Source of the DNA: an uncultured Acidobacteriota bacterium
GTDB lineage: Bacteria; Acidobacteriota; Polarisedimenticolia; Polarisedimenticolales; Polarisedimenticolaceae
Direction: 5' to 3'
Length of the DNA stretch: 64,000 nucleotides
Assembly (NCBI GenBank): GCA_964654385.1
Contig: CAZZIV010000001.1
Coordinates: 935 to 64,934, forward strand
The notes below the pieces were generated by a model. The model saw nothing but the letters and a program-made list of their open reading frames with translations. It did not search any database and was not told the origin of the DNA. Shown here one piece after another: positions 36,692 through 45,358 of the stretch. Every line of letters begins with the position of its first letter. Position 1 is the stretch's first letter. The position numbers and the translations under genes were made by a program.

Positions 36692-37459
36692 GTGAAGACA
36701 TCCGTAATCGTTGTAGCGAACCAGAAAGGCGGGGTTGGGAAAACGACCACCTCCATCAATTTGGCCGCCGCCCTTGCCCAAGGAAAAAAGAAAACCCTGC
36801 TCATCGACCTGGATCCCCAGGGAAACGCGTCCCTGACTTTTGTGGAGGCGCGGCAACTTGAAGGCACGGCGTACGAACTCCTCGTGGACCCGGATGTCCT
36901 CGTCGAACAGGTGATCGCCTCCAGCCGGTTCGACCACCTGGACATCATTGCCGCTCGGATCTCCCTGGCCAGCGCTGAGACCAAGTTGATAGGGGAGTTC
37001 GACAGCTATTACCGGCTGAAGGACAAATTGGAACCGTTGGAAGGCAAGTACGATTTCATCATCATCGACACTCCTCCCACCCTCGGAATCCTGACGGTGA
37101 ACGCCATGGTCGCCGGGACGCACCTCGTTGTTCCTGTTCAATCATCTTACTTCGCGCTTGAAGGGACCGCGGATCTACTGGACACCTACGACAGGATACG
37201 CAACCGGCCGAATCCGAATCTAAAATTCCTCGGTGTCCTGATCACTCTTCATGATAAGCGAACCATCCTGGCCCGCGAAGTAAGGAATGAGATCAAAGAG
37301 AAATTCGGGAACAAGGTGTTCGATACAGCCATATCAAAGAGCGTGCGTCTGGAAGAGAGTCCCGCACACAACGAGAGCATTTTCACATTCGCTCCGAAAT
37401 CGTCCGGTGCCCTTGAGTATTACAAACTTTCGCAGGAGGTTATCCGTCGTGTCCAGTAA
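36692..37459 (+). CDS. parA: Chromosome partitioning ATPase ParA/Soj
   Basis: 255 aa from GTG 36692, with AGGGAG 5 nt upstream. Deviant Walker A NQKGGVGKTTT. Typical Soj motifs (IIIDTPPTLG, SYFALEG). Confidence 0.93.
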   Translation: MKTSVIVVANQKGGVGKTTTSINLAAALAQGKKKTLLIDLDPQGNASLTFVEARQLEGTAYELLVDPDVLVEQVIASSRFDHLDIIAARISLASAETKLIGEFDSYYRLKDKLEPLEGKYDFIIIDTPPTLGILTVNAMVAGTHLVVPVQSSYFALEGTADLLDTYDRIRNRPNPNLKFLGVLITLHDKRTILAREVRNEIKEKFGNKVFDTAISKSVRLEESPAHNESIFTFAPKSSGALEYYKLSQEVIRRVQ

Positions 37460-38390
37460 ACATCGTGGGCTCCCTAAAGACAAAAAGATGCGCCATGACT
37501 CGCACTTCATCGACGAAATCACATCCGAAACCTCGGAGACCATCGGGCGCCTGATCGAGACCGGAAAGGTCCGCCCCAACCCCCACCAGCCCAGGAAACA
37601 GTTCGGGGATATGACGGAGATGGTCGAGTCCGTCAAGGACAAAGGAATCCTGGAACCGATCCTGGTACGGTACTCGGAAGAAGAAGAGATGTACGAGATC
37701 ATCGCCGGCGAGAGGCGATTCCAGGCAGCCCGGTTGGCAGGCCTGAGAAAAATTCCATGTATCGAAGTGGATGTGGACAACCGCGGAATGCTTGAGATCT
37801 CCCTGGTTGAGAACCTGCAGAGGAAAGACCTGAATCCGTTCGAGGAAGCAGCCGCGATCCTGAGGCTTTCGGAACAGTTCCGGTATACCCACGAAGAGAT
37901 CGCCAGAAAGCTCGGTAAATCCCGGACGGTCATTACCGAAGCTTTGAGCCTGAACCGGATTCCTCAGGATGTTCAGGAGCGATGTCGGCAGGCCGACATT
38001 CTCTCCAAGTCGATGCTTCTCCAGATCGTCCGACTGGACAACCCCGAGGCGATGCACAGGTTGGTGGATAAAATCGCCGGCGACGGGATTACCCGGGAAG
38101 AAGCTCGAAAATTCGGGAGGGATCAGAACGGAAAGAAATCGAGGTCCAGGAACTTCACATTCAGTTACAAACCGGAGGATGCCGACTTCAAGTTCAATAT
38201 GACCTTTCAGCGGAAAGATGTCGGCAAGTCGGAAATCATTCTCGCTCTCCAAGACATTATCGAAAAGCTTGCCCGTGAAATGGAAACGGAAGAGAGCAAA
38301 ACACGCAGCAGCGCCGTGAAACCCTCCGCGACGCGGAAGCAAAAGTCAACGGCCAGACCGAAGCCCCAGGCACCCAGCCTGGGCCAGTAA
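37449..38390 (+). CDS. parB: Chromosome partitioning protein ParB/Spo0J
   Basis: About 313 aa from GTG 37449, overlapping the parA 3' end. ParB box GERRFQAARLAGL and an HTH region (HEEIARKLGKSRTVITEALSL). Atypical basic C-terminal tail. The start is uncertain. Confidence 0.9.
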   Translation: MSSKHRGLPKDKKMRHDSHFIDEITSETSETIGRLIETGKVRPNPHQPRKQFGDMTEMVESVKDKGILEPILVRYSEEEEMYEIIAGERRFQAARLAGLRKIPCIEVDVDNRGMLEISLVENLQRKDLNPFEEAAAILRLSEQFRYTHEEIARKLGKSRTVITEALSLNRIPQDVQERCRQADILSKSMLLQIVRLDNPEAMHRLVDKIAGDGITREEARKFGRDQNGKKSRSRNFTFSYKPEDADFKFNMTFQRKDVGKSEIILALQDIIEKLAREMETEESKTRSSAVKPSATRKQKSTARPKPQAPSLGQ

Positions 38391-38429
38391 TCATCGGAAA
38401 GCACCGAAATCCATTCTGGCAGGAACCAG

Positions 38430-38448
38430 CCGGATTTTTTTCCGGTTT
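38430..38448 (+). terminator. Possible weak intrinsic terminator after parB
   Basis: Stem CCGGA (38430-38434) / TCCGG (38441-45) with a T6 loop, followed by TTT. The stem is short, hence low confidence. Confidence 0.3.
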
Positions 38449-38462
38449 CGACCCTCCACCTG

Positions 38463-38512
38463 GCTAATCCGATAGCGCATAGTTTACATAAGATACATTA
38501 TCGGACGTTAGC
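38463..38512. repeat. Long imperfect inverted repeat (12-bp stem with 2-nt bulge, 24-nt AT-rich loop)
   Basis: GCTAATCCGATA (38463-38474) pairs with TATCGGA-CG-TTAGC (38499-38512). The loop GCGCATAGTTTACATAAGATACAT contains TACAT twice. It lies in the most AT-rich spacer of the window. Confidence 0.6.
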
Positions 38513-38661
38513 TCCTTCCAATCGTGGGAAACCCCTTGATCCCCTGCCTCTCGCTTTTTCTTCCAGGTGGCGCCGGAAGGTCCTCGATCGAAACAGGGCG
38601 AAACGGTGTTTTCTCGACATATTTTCGTGATTTTTCCTTCTTGAGAGACTAGACTCGGCAA

Positions 38662-41097
38662 GTGATGCTTGGATTTCGTCGAATTACCCGCTACGTGTTC
38701 CGTGAAGAACTCGGCCCGACGATTCTGGGCTTTTCCCTCTATACCTTCATCCTCATGATGAACGCCTTTTTCCTGGTGGCCCAGCGGTCGATTTCCAACA
38801 ATCTCGGCTTCGATCTCACCTTCCGGATGTTCATTGTCACCATCCCCAGCCTCCTGGTTCTGACCATCCCGATGGCAGTTCTACTTGGAACGATGATCGG
38901 CGTTGGGCGCCTCTCCGCCGATTCCGAGTGGATCGCCATTCAGGGAGCCGGGCAAGGTCTTCGGACCCTTGTCAAGCCCTCCATGCTTCTGGGAGCTCTG
39001 GCCACCGTCCTCTCCCTTTACATTTTCTGGGTGGTCGTTCCGGACGCGGATATCGCCAAGAGAACTTTGAGCCTGGAAGTCCAACTGGCGTCCAACATGG
39101 CCTCGGACCTGAAACCGCGCACCTTCTACCCTACCCAGGACGGACAGGTGCTTTTCGTGGACGAGATTGTGCCCGGGAGCGATGGATTGCTGCAGGGAAT
39201 CGTGCTCCACAGTCCGACCCGGAAGGAAGGAACCCGGGAACTGATCCTGGCCCGGGAAGGGAACCTTTATCCCTCCTCCGACGGGAGCGGTGCCCTGGAA
39301 ATGGATCTTCGTGACGGAATTCTTCATGTCTACAACAATGCCGATCCGGACCTCTACCGAACCAGTTCCTTCGAGACTTACCACCGGGTTCTCCCGCCTC
39401 CCCCCTACATCCAGGCGTTGAAGCAGCCGGTCCGGAAGACCGTACGAAACATGAACTTCGGAGAACTCCGCCGGGAATACTCCGCGGCCAAGGCCGAAAA
39501 GAACCGGGTCGTGAGGGCCGTCCGTCTCCGGATGGTCAAGCTGGAAATGCACCTCCGCTTCGCCCTCCCGGTCGCCTGTCTCCTTTTTTCGATCCTGGCG
39601 GTGCCGTTGGGGGTGACCCGGGCCCGTTCCGGGAAAGGCGCAGGGTTCACCATGAGCATGCTGGTGCTCATTCTCTACTACGTCGCTCTCCGGCTTTTCA
39701 AGGACCAGGTTCCCGCCGGGAGCCTGCCCCCCGAGTTGGGAGCCTGGGGAGCGAATATCCTGATCCTGGCCTGGTGCCTTTACGCCCTATGGAAATTTCG
39801 GAATCCGGGACGGGACCGGCAGGGACCGATCACCATCCTTCTTTCCGCCTGCAGCGGTTGCTGGCGATGGTTCAGCTCCTTCACTTCCCCAGGGGTCCGG
39901 GCGGCCCGGAAAGAGGAAGAAGACCTCGAGAGGGTCCAGGGACGGAAAACCCGGGCCGATCGGCGAAAACGGGTCAGTTTCGGTTTCATCCCCCGGCTGG
40001 ATCTCTATATCGGGGTTCATTTCCTGAAGCTTTTCCTTTACGCGCTGCTCGCCTGTTATTCGCTGTACGGAATCATCGAATTCAACGATCTGGTCGGAAA
40101 ACTGATGGAAAACCACCAGCCGGCTTCCCTTCTTTTCTCCTATTTCGAATACTTCGCGCCCAGCATGATCCCTTACACGGTGCCGATCGCCTGCATGGTC
40201 GGCGCGATCATTACCATGACCGTATTCAGCCGCAGCGGAGAATTGACGGCGATCAAGGCGGCAGGGATCAGTGTGCGGAGGGCGACGGTTCCGATCCTTT
40301 TCATTACTTTGATGATCTGCGCCGGGTTTTATTTCATCCAAGACAAGATCATCCCGGTGACCAACCAGAAGCGCCAGGAGGTCAAGGACCAGATCCTGAA
40401 CCGGAGCCCCAGGACCTATGGCGCCCGGCCCGGAGGGAACTGGGTTTTCGGCTCTGATGGTTCCAGGCTCTATCACTATCGCACTTTCGACGCCGAAGCG
40501 GCCTCCTTCCAGGGGCTGACCACTTTCCGGCTGGACCGGGACCGGATGCGGATCCTCTCCCACCGGTACGCCGCCCGGGCCGCCTGGAAAAACAGAGTCT
40601 GGTCACTTCATGACGGCTGGTACAGGACCTTCCCCGCCGATCGACAGGAGGCGGCGTACCGTCAGGTCGATTCCGTGGAAGTGCCGAAGATGGACCCACC
40701 GACCCAGTTCGCCCAGCGGGAATTCCGGATGGCCCAGGGAGATTCTCAGAACGATCGGTACACCATGTCCGAAATGAGAGAAGAGATTCGGAGTCTTCGC
40801 CAGGCCGGATACGATACCACCCGCCTCAAGGTCTCGTACGCAGGACGATTCGCCCGCACGCTTACTCCCCTGGTGATGGTTATCCTCGGACTCCCGTTCG
40901 CCTTCCGGGTCGGCCGGAAAGGCTCCTTGTACGGAATCGGTGTCGCGATCCTCCTGGTGATCGTCTACTGGGCGACGTTTGCCATCTTCCATGCCCTCGG
41001 CCTGGAGACGATCCTTCCTCCTTTCCTGGCCGCCTGGGCGCCGAACATTTTCTATGGTCTTCTCGGTACCTACATGATGCTGTACGTCCGGACCTGA
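38662..41097 (+). CDS. Fused LptF-LptG LPS export ABC permease (two YjgP/YjgQ modules in one polypeptide)
   Basis: 811-aa ORF with start GTG 38662 or ATG 38665. The N-terminal half begins RRITRYVFREELGPTILGFSLYTFILMMN (LptF-like). The second module begins RLDLYIGVHFLKLFLYALLACYSLYGIIEFNDLV (LptG-like). Each module has TM helices flanking a large periplasmic insert, and a basic linker joins them at about residues 385-440. Confidence 0.85.
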   Translation: MMLGFRRITRYVFREELGPTILGFSLYTFILMMNAFFLVAQRSISNNLGFDLTFRMFIVTIPSLLVLTIPMAVLLGTMIGVGRLSADSEWIAIQGAGQGLRTLVKPSMLLGALATVLSLYIFWVVVPDADIAKRTLSLEVQLASNMASDLKPRTFYPTQDGQVLFVDEIVPGSDGLLQGIVLHSPTRKEGTRELILAREGNLYPSSDGSGALEMDLRDGILHVYNNADPDLYRTSSFETYHRVLPPPPYIQALKQPVRKTVRNMNFGELRREYSAAKAEKNRVVRAVRLRMVKLEMHLRFALPVACLLFSILAVPLGVTRARSGKGAGFTMSMLVLILYYVALRLFKDQVPAGSLPPELGAWGANILILAWCLYALWKFRNPGRDRQGPITILLSACSGCWRWFSSFTSPGVRAARKEEEDLERVQGRKTRADRRKRVSFGFIPRLDLYIGVHFLKLFLYALLACYSLYGIIEFNDLVGKLMENHQPASLLFSYFEYFAPSMIPYTVPIACMVGAIITMTVFSRSGELTAIKAAGISVRRATVPILFITLMICAGFYFIQDKIIPVTNQKRQEVKDQILNRSPRTYGARPGGNWVFGSDGSRLYHYRTFDAEAASFQGLTTFRLDRDRMRILSHRYAARAAWKNRVWSLHDGWYRTFPADRQEAAYRQVDSVEVPKMDPPTQFAQREFRMAQGDSQNDRYTMSEMREEIRSLRQAGYDTTRLKVSYAGRFARTLTPLVMVILGLPFAFRVGRKGSLYGIGVAILLVIVYWATFAIFHALGLETILPPFLAAWAPNIFYGLLGTYMMLYVRT

Positions 41098-44000
41098 TCA
41101 TCCGCCTTCCCGACTCTCCTCGAGCCTGCGGACCCGATCCTGGAGCGCGGCCTGCCGAGGGTCCAGGGCCAGGGAGCGGTTCCAGAGCTCCAGCGCGGTC
41201 TCCTGATCGCCCAGGACCCTGTGGGCCTCCCCCATCACATTCAGCAGGTTCGGCGAGTCTCCCAGGAGCTTTCTGGCCTTCTCCAGCGCATCCAGGCCCT
41301 CTTTCAGCCGGCCGGCCTCCATCTCCAGGTAGCCGAGCTGCAGAAGGGCCTGAGGCCTGGATTTGGGATCGGCACCGGCTGCAACAAGTTCGAGGCGGGC
41401 TTCTTCAACCTGGCCGCGGCTCCGGAGAATCAGAGCCAGATTCACCCGGGCGTCTCCGTATTCCGGATCCAGTTCCAACGCTTTCATCAAGTATTTTTCC
41501 GCCAGGTCCAGTTCTTTCCTGGAAATCTCGATTCCTGCCAGGTTGTTATAGGGTGAGGGATAGGCCGGATCGGCCTGGATCGCACGTCGCCACAGTTTTT
41601 CCGCTTCTTCTTTCTCTCCGGTGGCGTAATAGAGACTGGCCAGGTTGTTCATCACCACCGCGTTTCGAGGAGCTTTTTCCAGAGCCCGCCCATACAACCG
41701 GATCGCTTCCTGGATCCTTCCTTCGTCCTGATAGACCAAGGCCAGGTTGTTGTAGGCGCCCATAAAATAGGGATCGGCGTCGATCGCCGCTTTGTACCAG
41801 CGCTCCGCCTCTTCGTTTTTCCTGCGGCTCCGCGCCAGGTTCCCGAGCTCGTTTCGAGGCTGGGCCATATCCGGGTCCAGTTCCGCCGCCTTTCTCCATG
41901 TGGCTGCGGCCCCATCCTTGTCTCCCTTCCGGGACAGCACCTGGCCCAGGGTGGTTAGCACTTCCACCGCGTCCGGTTCCTGGGCCAGGACGGAGCGAAG
42001 ATAGCTCTCCGCCCGGTCCATATCTCCGTCCTCCATCGACATCGCCGCGAGATTGTGAGCTGCGATTCTGAAGGCGTGGGGATATTTCAGCGCCTTCTTG
42101 AACCAGTTCCCGGCCTCCTCTCTCTTCCCCTGGTGGAGAAGGGCCAGGCCCAGGTTGACGATCAAAGTCGGTTCGGCAGGTCCTGCCCTGAGCCCTTCCC
42201 GGAACTGTTCTTCCGCCTGGGCAAACTTGCGCTCGGCCATGAGCGCGACCCCGGTATTGTTCCGGGCGGTGACCGATTCGTTTCCACTGCCGGCCGCTCC
42301 CGGAGAGATATACCCCAGGCTGCTCAGCTTCTCGATCAAGTCCTGGTCGGCACCTTCGCCGGAGCCTCCGGGAACCCCTGCCCCGGCCGCGTCCCGGACC
42401 GGATCGTTGTTCCGGAAGCGGACCGGAAACTTTTCGAGGAACCCGGGATCGAGCGCTCCCGCCAGCACCTTTCCCGGCCAGGAAGAGGGCACCGGCTGGC
42501 CGTACAGCGCCAGGACGGTGGGTGCGATGTCGTACACGGAAGCCTGCTCCAGAACAGCCCCCGGGCGGACGTGTTTGCCCGAGAGTACCAGCATGCCGAA
42601 TTTCCGGTGCCAACTCGCCGCCTGGCCGTGCCCGATCCGGCTGTCCGCCGAATGGGGGCGGGTTGCGTCGGAGGCGAACCCATGGTCGGAAAGAACCATG
42701 ACCGTCCAGTCTTTCCCCCGTCCCTCCAGAAGTTCTCCAAGGTACCGGTCCGCCTGCTGGTAATAACGGTCGACGACGGACCGGAACGATTCGAAACTCT
42801 CTCCGTCCACGCCGGGAAGACGGGGAGGACGGAAGCTCATGAACAGGTGGCCTACCGTATCGGTTCCCTCCAGGTAGACCGCTTCCAGGCGGGGGTGGAA
42901 ACGAGCCGTAAGATTCCGCGCTATTCCTACGTAGGAATCCCCCGAAGCGAGGAGGGTCCGGAATTCCTCCAGGCGGTGGGCGTCTTCCCGGTCGAAGGCG
43001 GTTTCCTTCTTCCGGTCCCCTTCCAGGTAGCCGACGGTCCTCTCCCAGGAGATCGAATCCGGAGAGACGATCCAGGGCCGGATGTCGGCGTACAGACCCG
43101 GTGGCCAGGTCTTCCCTGCCGGGTCGTCGGGATCGACCTTGTAATCAAAGAGTTGATAGGCGATCCGCTCGGTCACGAGGTAGCCGTTGACCGGTCCCGC
43201 GGGCCAGGTCGCCCACCATCCTACTACGCCGACCGTGGCGCCGGCGTCTCCGAGCATTTCCCAGAACGTCGGTGTCCGCCGTTGAAGGGAGGTGACCGGC
43301 TGTCGACCGGTTCCGTCCGGCTTCTGCACGAGGAAATCCAAAATCCCGTGGCGGCCCGGTTCCACGCCGGTGGCGATGGTGGTCCAGATCACCGGGGAGA
43401 GCATCGGGCTGATAGTCAGCAGCTTGGCGCGAACGCCATGATCGATCAACCGGCGCAGGTTCGGCATTTTCCCCTGTTCCAGGAGAGGATCCAGGATCAA
43501 CCAGTCGGCTCCGTCCAGGCCGACGATCAGAAGGCGGGTATCGGTGAGAGCGGTTGCCTCCCCTTCCCTGGCCATCAGGTAGTCCAGGGAATCCAGGTTG
43601 AGATCCCGGAGCCGGCCTCCCATGGCCGCCAGCTCGGTCTCCAGCCGGTTTCGGAGTTCCTCCTGGAAGCTGCCGGCGTCCAGGTTCCGATGGACACCCC
43701 GATCCAGGCCTTCGCCCGCTCTCCGCACCGCCGCCAGGACCAGGTCCCGGGCCCCTCCCCCGTGATCGGCGGAACTGACCTCCCGCCATTTTTCGGGGAG
43801 GAGTCGGAGGGTGATCCATCCTCGGAAGCCGTACCTGGAGCCGTCGGCGCTGGGAATCATCGCCCCTTCCGCTTGGGGAAGAGGAAGCACGACCGGGTTC
43901 TTCGGATAGCGGACCAGGCGGGAAACGCCGGGGAGCGAGATCGTCCAGGTTCCCTTTGCCAGCCTCGGAAAACCGAGAAAGCCCGGCCCCTGCAGGACGC

Positions 44001-44103
44001 CGAACTCGCCGTCCGGCGACAAGGTGCGGATTCCCGCGGCGGCCCAGATCAGAATCAATCCTGCCAGGACCCAAAGGCCGGAGCGCCGGCCTCGCGGAGT
44101 CAC
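41098..44103 (-). CDS. Membrane-anchored alkaline-phosphatase-superfamily (type I phosphodiesterase-like) protein with C-terminal TPR array
   Basis: 1001-aa ORF whose GTG start at 44103 overlaps the metK stop. It has an N-terminal TM helix and a ~190-aa region of unclear family. The AlkP-like core follows ([32 protein letters not shown]), then about 10 TPR repeats. Confidence 0.8.
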   Translation of the reverse strand: MTPRGRRSGLWVLAGLILIWAAAGIRTLSPDGEFGVLQGPGFLGFPRLAKGTWTISLPGVSRLVRYPKNPVVLPLPQAEGAMIPSADGSRYGFRGWITLRLLPEKWREVSSADHGGGARDLVLAAVRRAGEGLDRGVHRNLDAGSFQEELRNRLETELAAMGGRLRDLNLDSLDYLMAREGEATALTDTRLLIVGLDGADWLILDPLLEQGKMPNLRRLIDHGVRAKLLTISPMLSPVIWTTIATGVEPGRHGILDFLVQKPDGTGRQPVTSLQRRTPTFWEMLGDAGATVGVVGWWATWPAGPVNGYLVTERIAYQLFDYKVDPDDPAGKTWPPGLYADIRPWIVSPDSISWERTVGYLEGDRKKETAFDREDAHRLEEFRTLLASGDSYVGIARNLTARFHPRLEAVYLEGTDTVGHLFMSFRPPRLPGVDGESFESFRSVVDRYYQQADRYLGELLEGRGKDWTVMVLSDHGFASDATRPHSADSRIGHGQAASWHRKFGMLVLSGKHVRPGAVLEQASVYDIAPTVLALYGQPVPSSWPGKVLAGALDPGFLEKFPVRFRNNDPVRDAAGAGVPGGSGEGADQDLIEKLSSLGYISPGAAGSGNESVTARNNTGVALMAERKFAQAEEQFREGLRAGPAEPTLIVNLGLALLHQGKREEAGNWFKKALKYPHAFRIAAHNLAAMSMEDGDMDRAESYLRSVLAQEPDAVEVLTTLGQVLSRKGDKDGAAATWRKAAELDPDMAQPRNELGNLARSRRKNEEAERWYKAAIDADPYFMGAYNNLALVYQDEGRIQEAIRLYGRALEKAPRNAVVMNNLASLYYATGEKEEAEKLWRRAIQADPAYPSPYNNLAGIEISRKELDLAEKYLMKALELDPEYGDARVNLALILRSRGQVEEARLELVAAGADPKSRPQALLQLGYLEMEAGRLKEGLDALEKARKLLGDSPNLLNVMGEAHRVLGDQETALELWNRSLALDPRQAALQDRVRRLEESREGG

Positions 44104-45251
44104 ACTCCGGCGCCCTGTTTCAGCCTGGCGGCCACGTCCACTTTCTCCCAGGAGAAGCCGGGTTCTTCCCGGCCGAAGTGTCCGTACGCGGCGGTGTTTC
44201 GGTAAATCGGTTTGCGAAGATCCAGCGATTCGATGATCCCTTTCGGAGTCAGCTGGAAATGTTCGCGGACCAGTTTCACCAGGTCGTCTTCGGGCACCAC
44301 GCCGGTGTTGAACGTGTTCACCATCACCGAGACCGGGTCGGCCACGCCGATGGCGTACGCCAGCTGAACTTCCACCCGCTCCGCCAGACCGGCGGCCACC
44401 AGGTTTTTGGCGATGTAGCGGGTCATGTAACAGGCCGAGCGGTCGACCTTGGTCGGGTCCTTGCCCGAAAAGGCGCCGCCTCCATGGTGGCCCATTCCGC
44501 CGTAGGTGTCGACGATGATCTTTCTACCGGTCAGCCCGGCGTCTCCCTGCGGACCGCCGATCACGAACCGGCCGGTCGGGTTCACGTAGATCTTGGTGTT
44601 CCCGTCCCTCAGGTCTTGGGGGACCACCTGGTGAATGACCAGTTCCCGGACCGCCTCTTCGATCGCCTTGTTGGTCGCCGAATCATGATGCTGGGTCGAA
44701 ATGACGACCGCGTCGACCCGCACCGGTCTTCCGTCGCGGTATTCCACGGTAACCTGGGATTTCCCGTCCGGGCGGAGAAAATCGATGATGTTCTCCTTCC
44801 TGCAGTCGGCCAGGCGGCGGGTCAGTTTGTGCGCCAGGTCGATCGGCAGCGGCATCAGGCTTTCGGTCTCCCGGCATGCGTAGCCGAACATCATTCCCTG
44901 GTCCCCGGCTCCTCCGGTGTCCACGCCCATGGCGATGTCCCCGGACTGCTCGTCGATGGTGGACATTACCGCGCAGGATTCGGCGTTCAGGCCGAACGCC
45001 GAATCGGTGTATCCGATCTCTTCGATGGTCTTCCGGACCACCTTCGGAAGATCGGCGTATCCGTTGGTGGTGATTTCACCGGCGATCAGGCAGAGCCCGG
45101 TCGTGACCAGGGTTTCGCAGGCTACCCGGCTGTTCGGATCCTGAGCGATCAGGGCGTCGAGAATCGAATCGGAAATCTGGTCGGCCATTTTGTCCGGATG
45201 GCCCTCGGTTACCGACTCGGATGAAAACAACTGGTGCCCCTTGATCTCCAT
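44100..45251 (-). CDS. metK: S-adenosylmethionine synthase
   Basis: 383-aa ORF with motifs [23 protein letters not shown] and [16 protein letters not shown] lies upstream. Confidence 0.98.
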   Translation of the reverse strand: MEIKGHQLFSSESVTEGHPDKMADQISDSILDALIAQDPNSRVACETLVTTGLCLIAGEITTNGYADLPKVVRKTIEEIGYTDSAFGLNAESCAVMSTIDEQSGDIAMGVDTGGAGDQGMMFGYACRETESLMPLPIDLAHKLTRRLADCRKENIIDFLRPDGKSQVTVEYRDGRPVRVDAVVISTQHHDSATNKAIEEAVRELVIHQVVPQDLRDGNTKIYVNPTGRFVIGGPQGDAGLTGRKIIVDTYGGMGHHGGGAFSGKDPTKVDRSACYMTRYIAKNLVAAGLAERVEVQLAYAIGVADPVSVMVNTFNTGVVPEDDLVKLVREHFQLTPKGIIESLDLRKPIYRNTAAYGHFGREEPGFSWEKVDVAARLKQGAGV

Positions 45252-45358
45252 GCGGCGGCTCCTATCGAACCCGGCCCTCTTTCTAAGGGAATCTCAACAC
45301 AGGTCCGGAAATTGATTGGCGTACGGGAGTTCAAAAGTATCATCCATGAACCGGGAAT

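Noticed and set aside
36484-38661. oriC next to parAB.
   Set aside because: Only one 7/9 DnaA-box match and one weaker one occur in 36.56-36.58 kb, and none in the AT-rich spacer. There is no cluster of boxes, no dnaA/dnaN/gidAB nearby, and gene orientation around the block is co-directional rather than divergent.
38464-38661. A 65-aa minus-strand ORF inside the parB-lptFG spacer.
   Set aside because: It has no SD and no recognisable motif, and its composition is atypical for this genome's genes. It overlaps the inverted repeat and the putative lptFG promoter, so it is most likely non-coding.
45252-45358. A SAM riboswitch in the metK 5' region (minus strand).
   Set aside because: Only ~105 nt are available, and they must also hold the promoter. 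I could not find SAM-I/II/V consensus elements by eye. A plain AGGAG SD sits right before the ATG.
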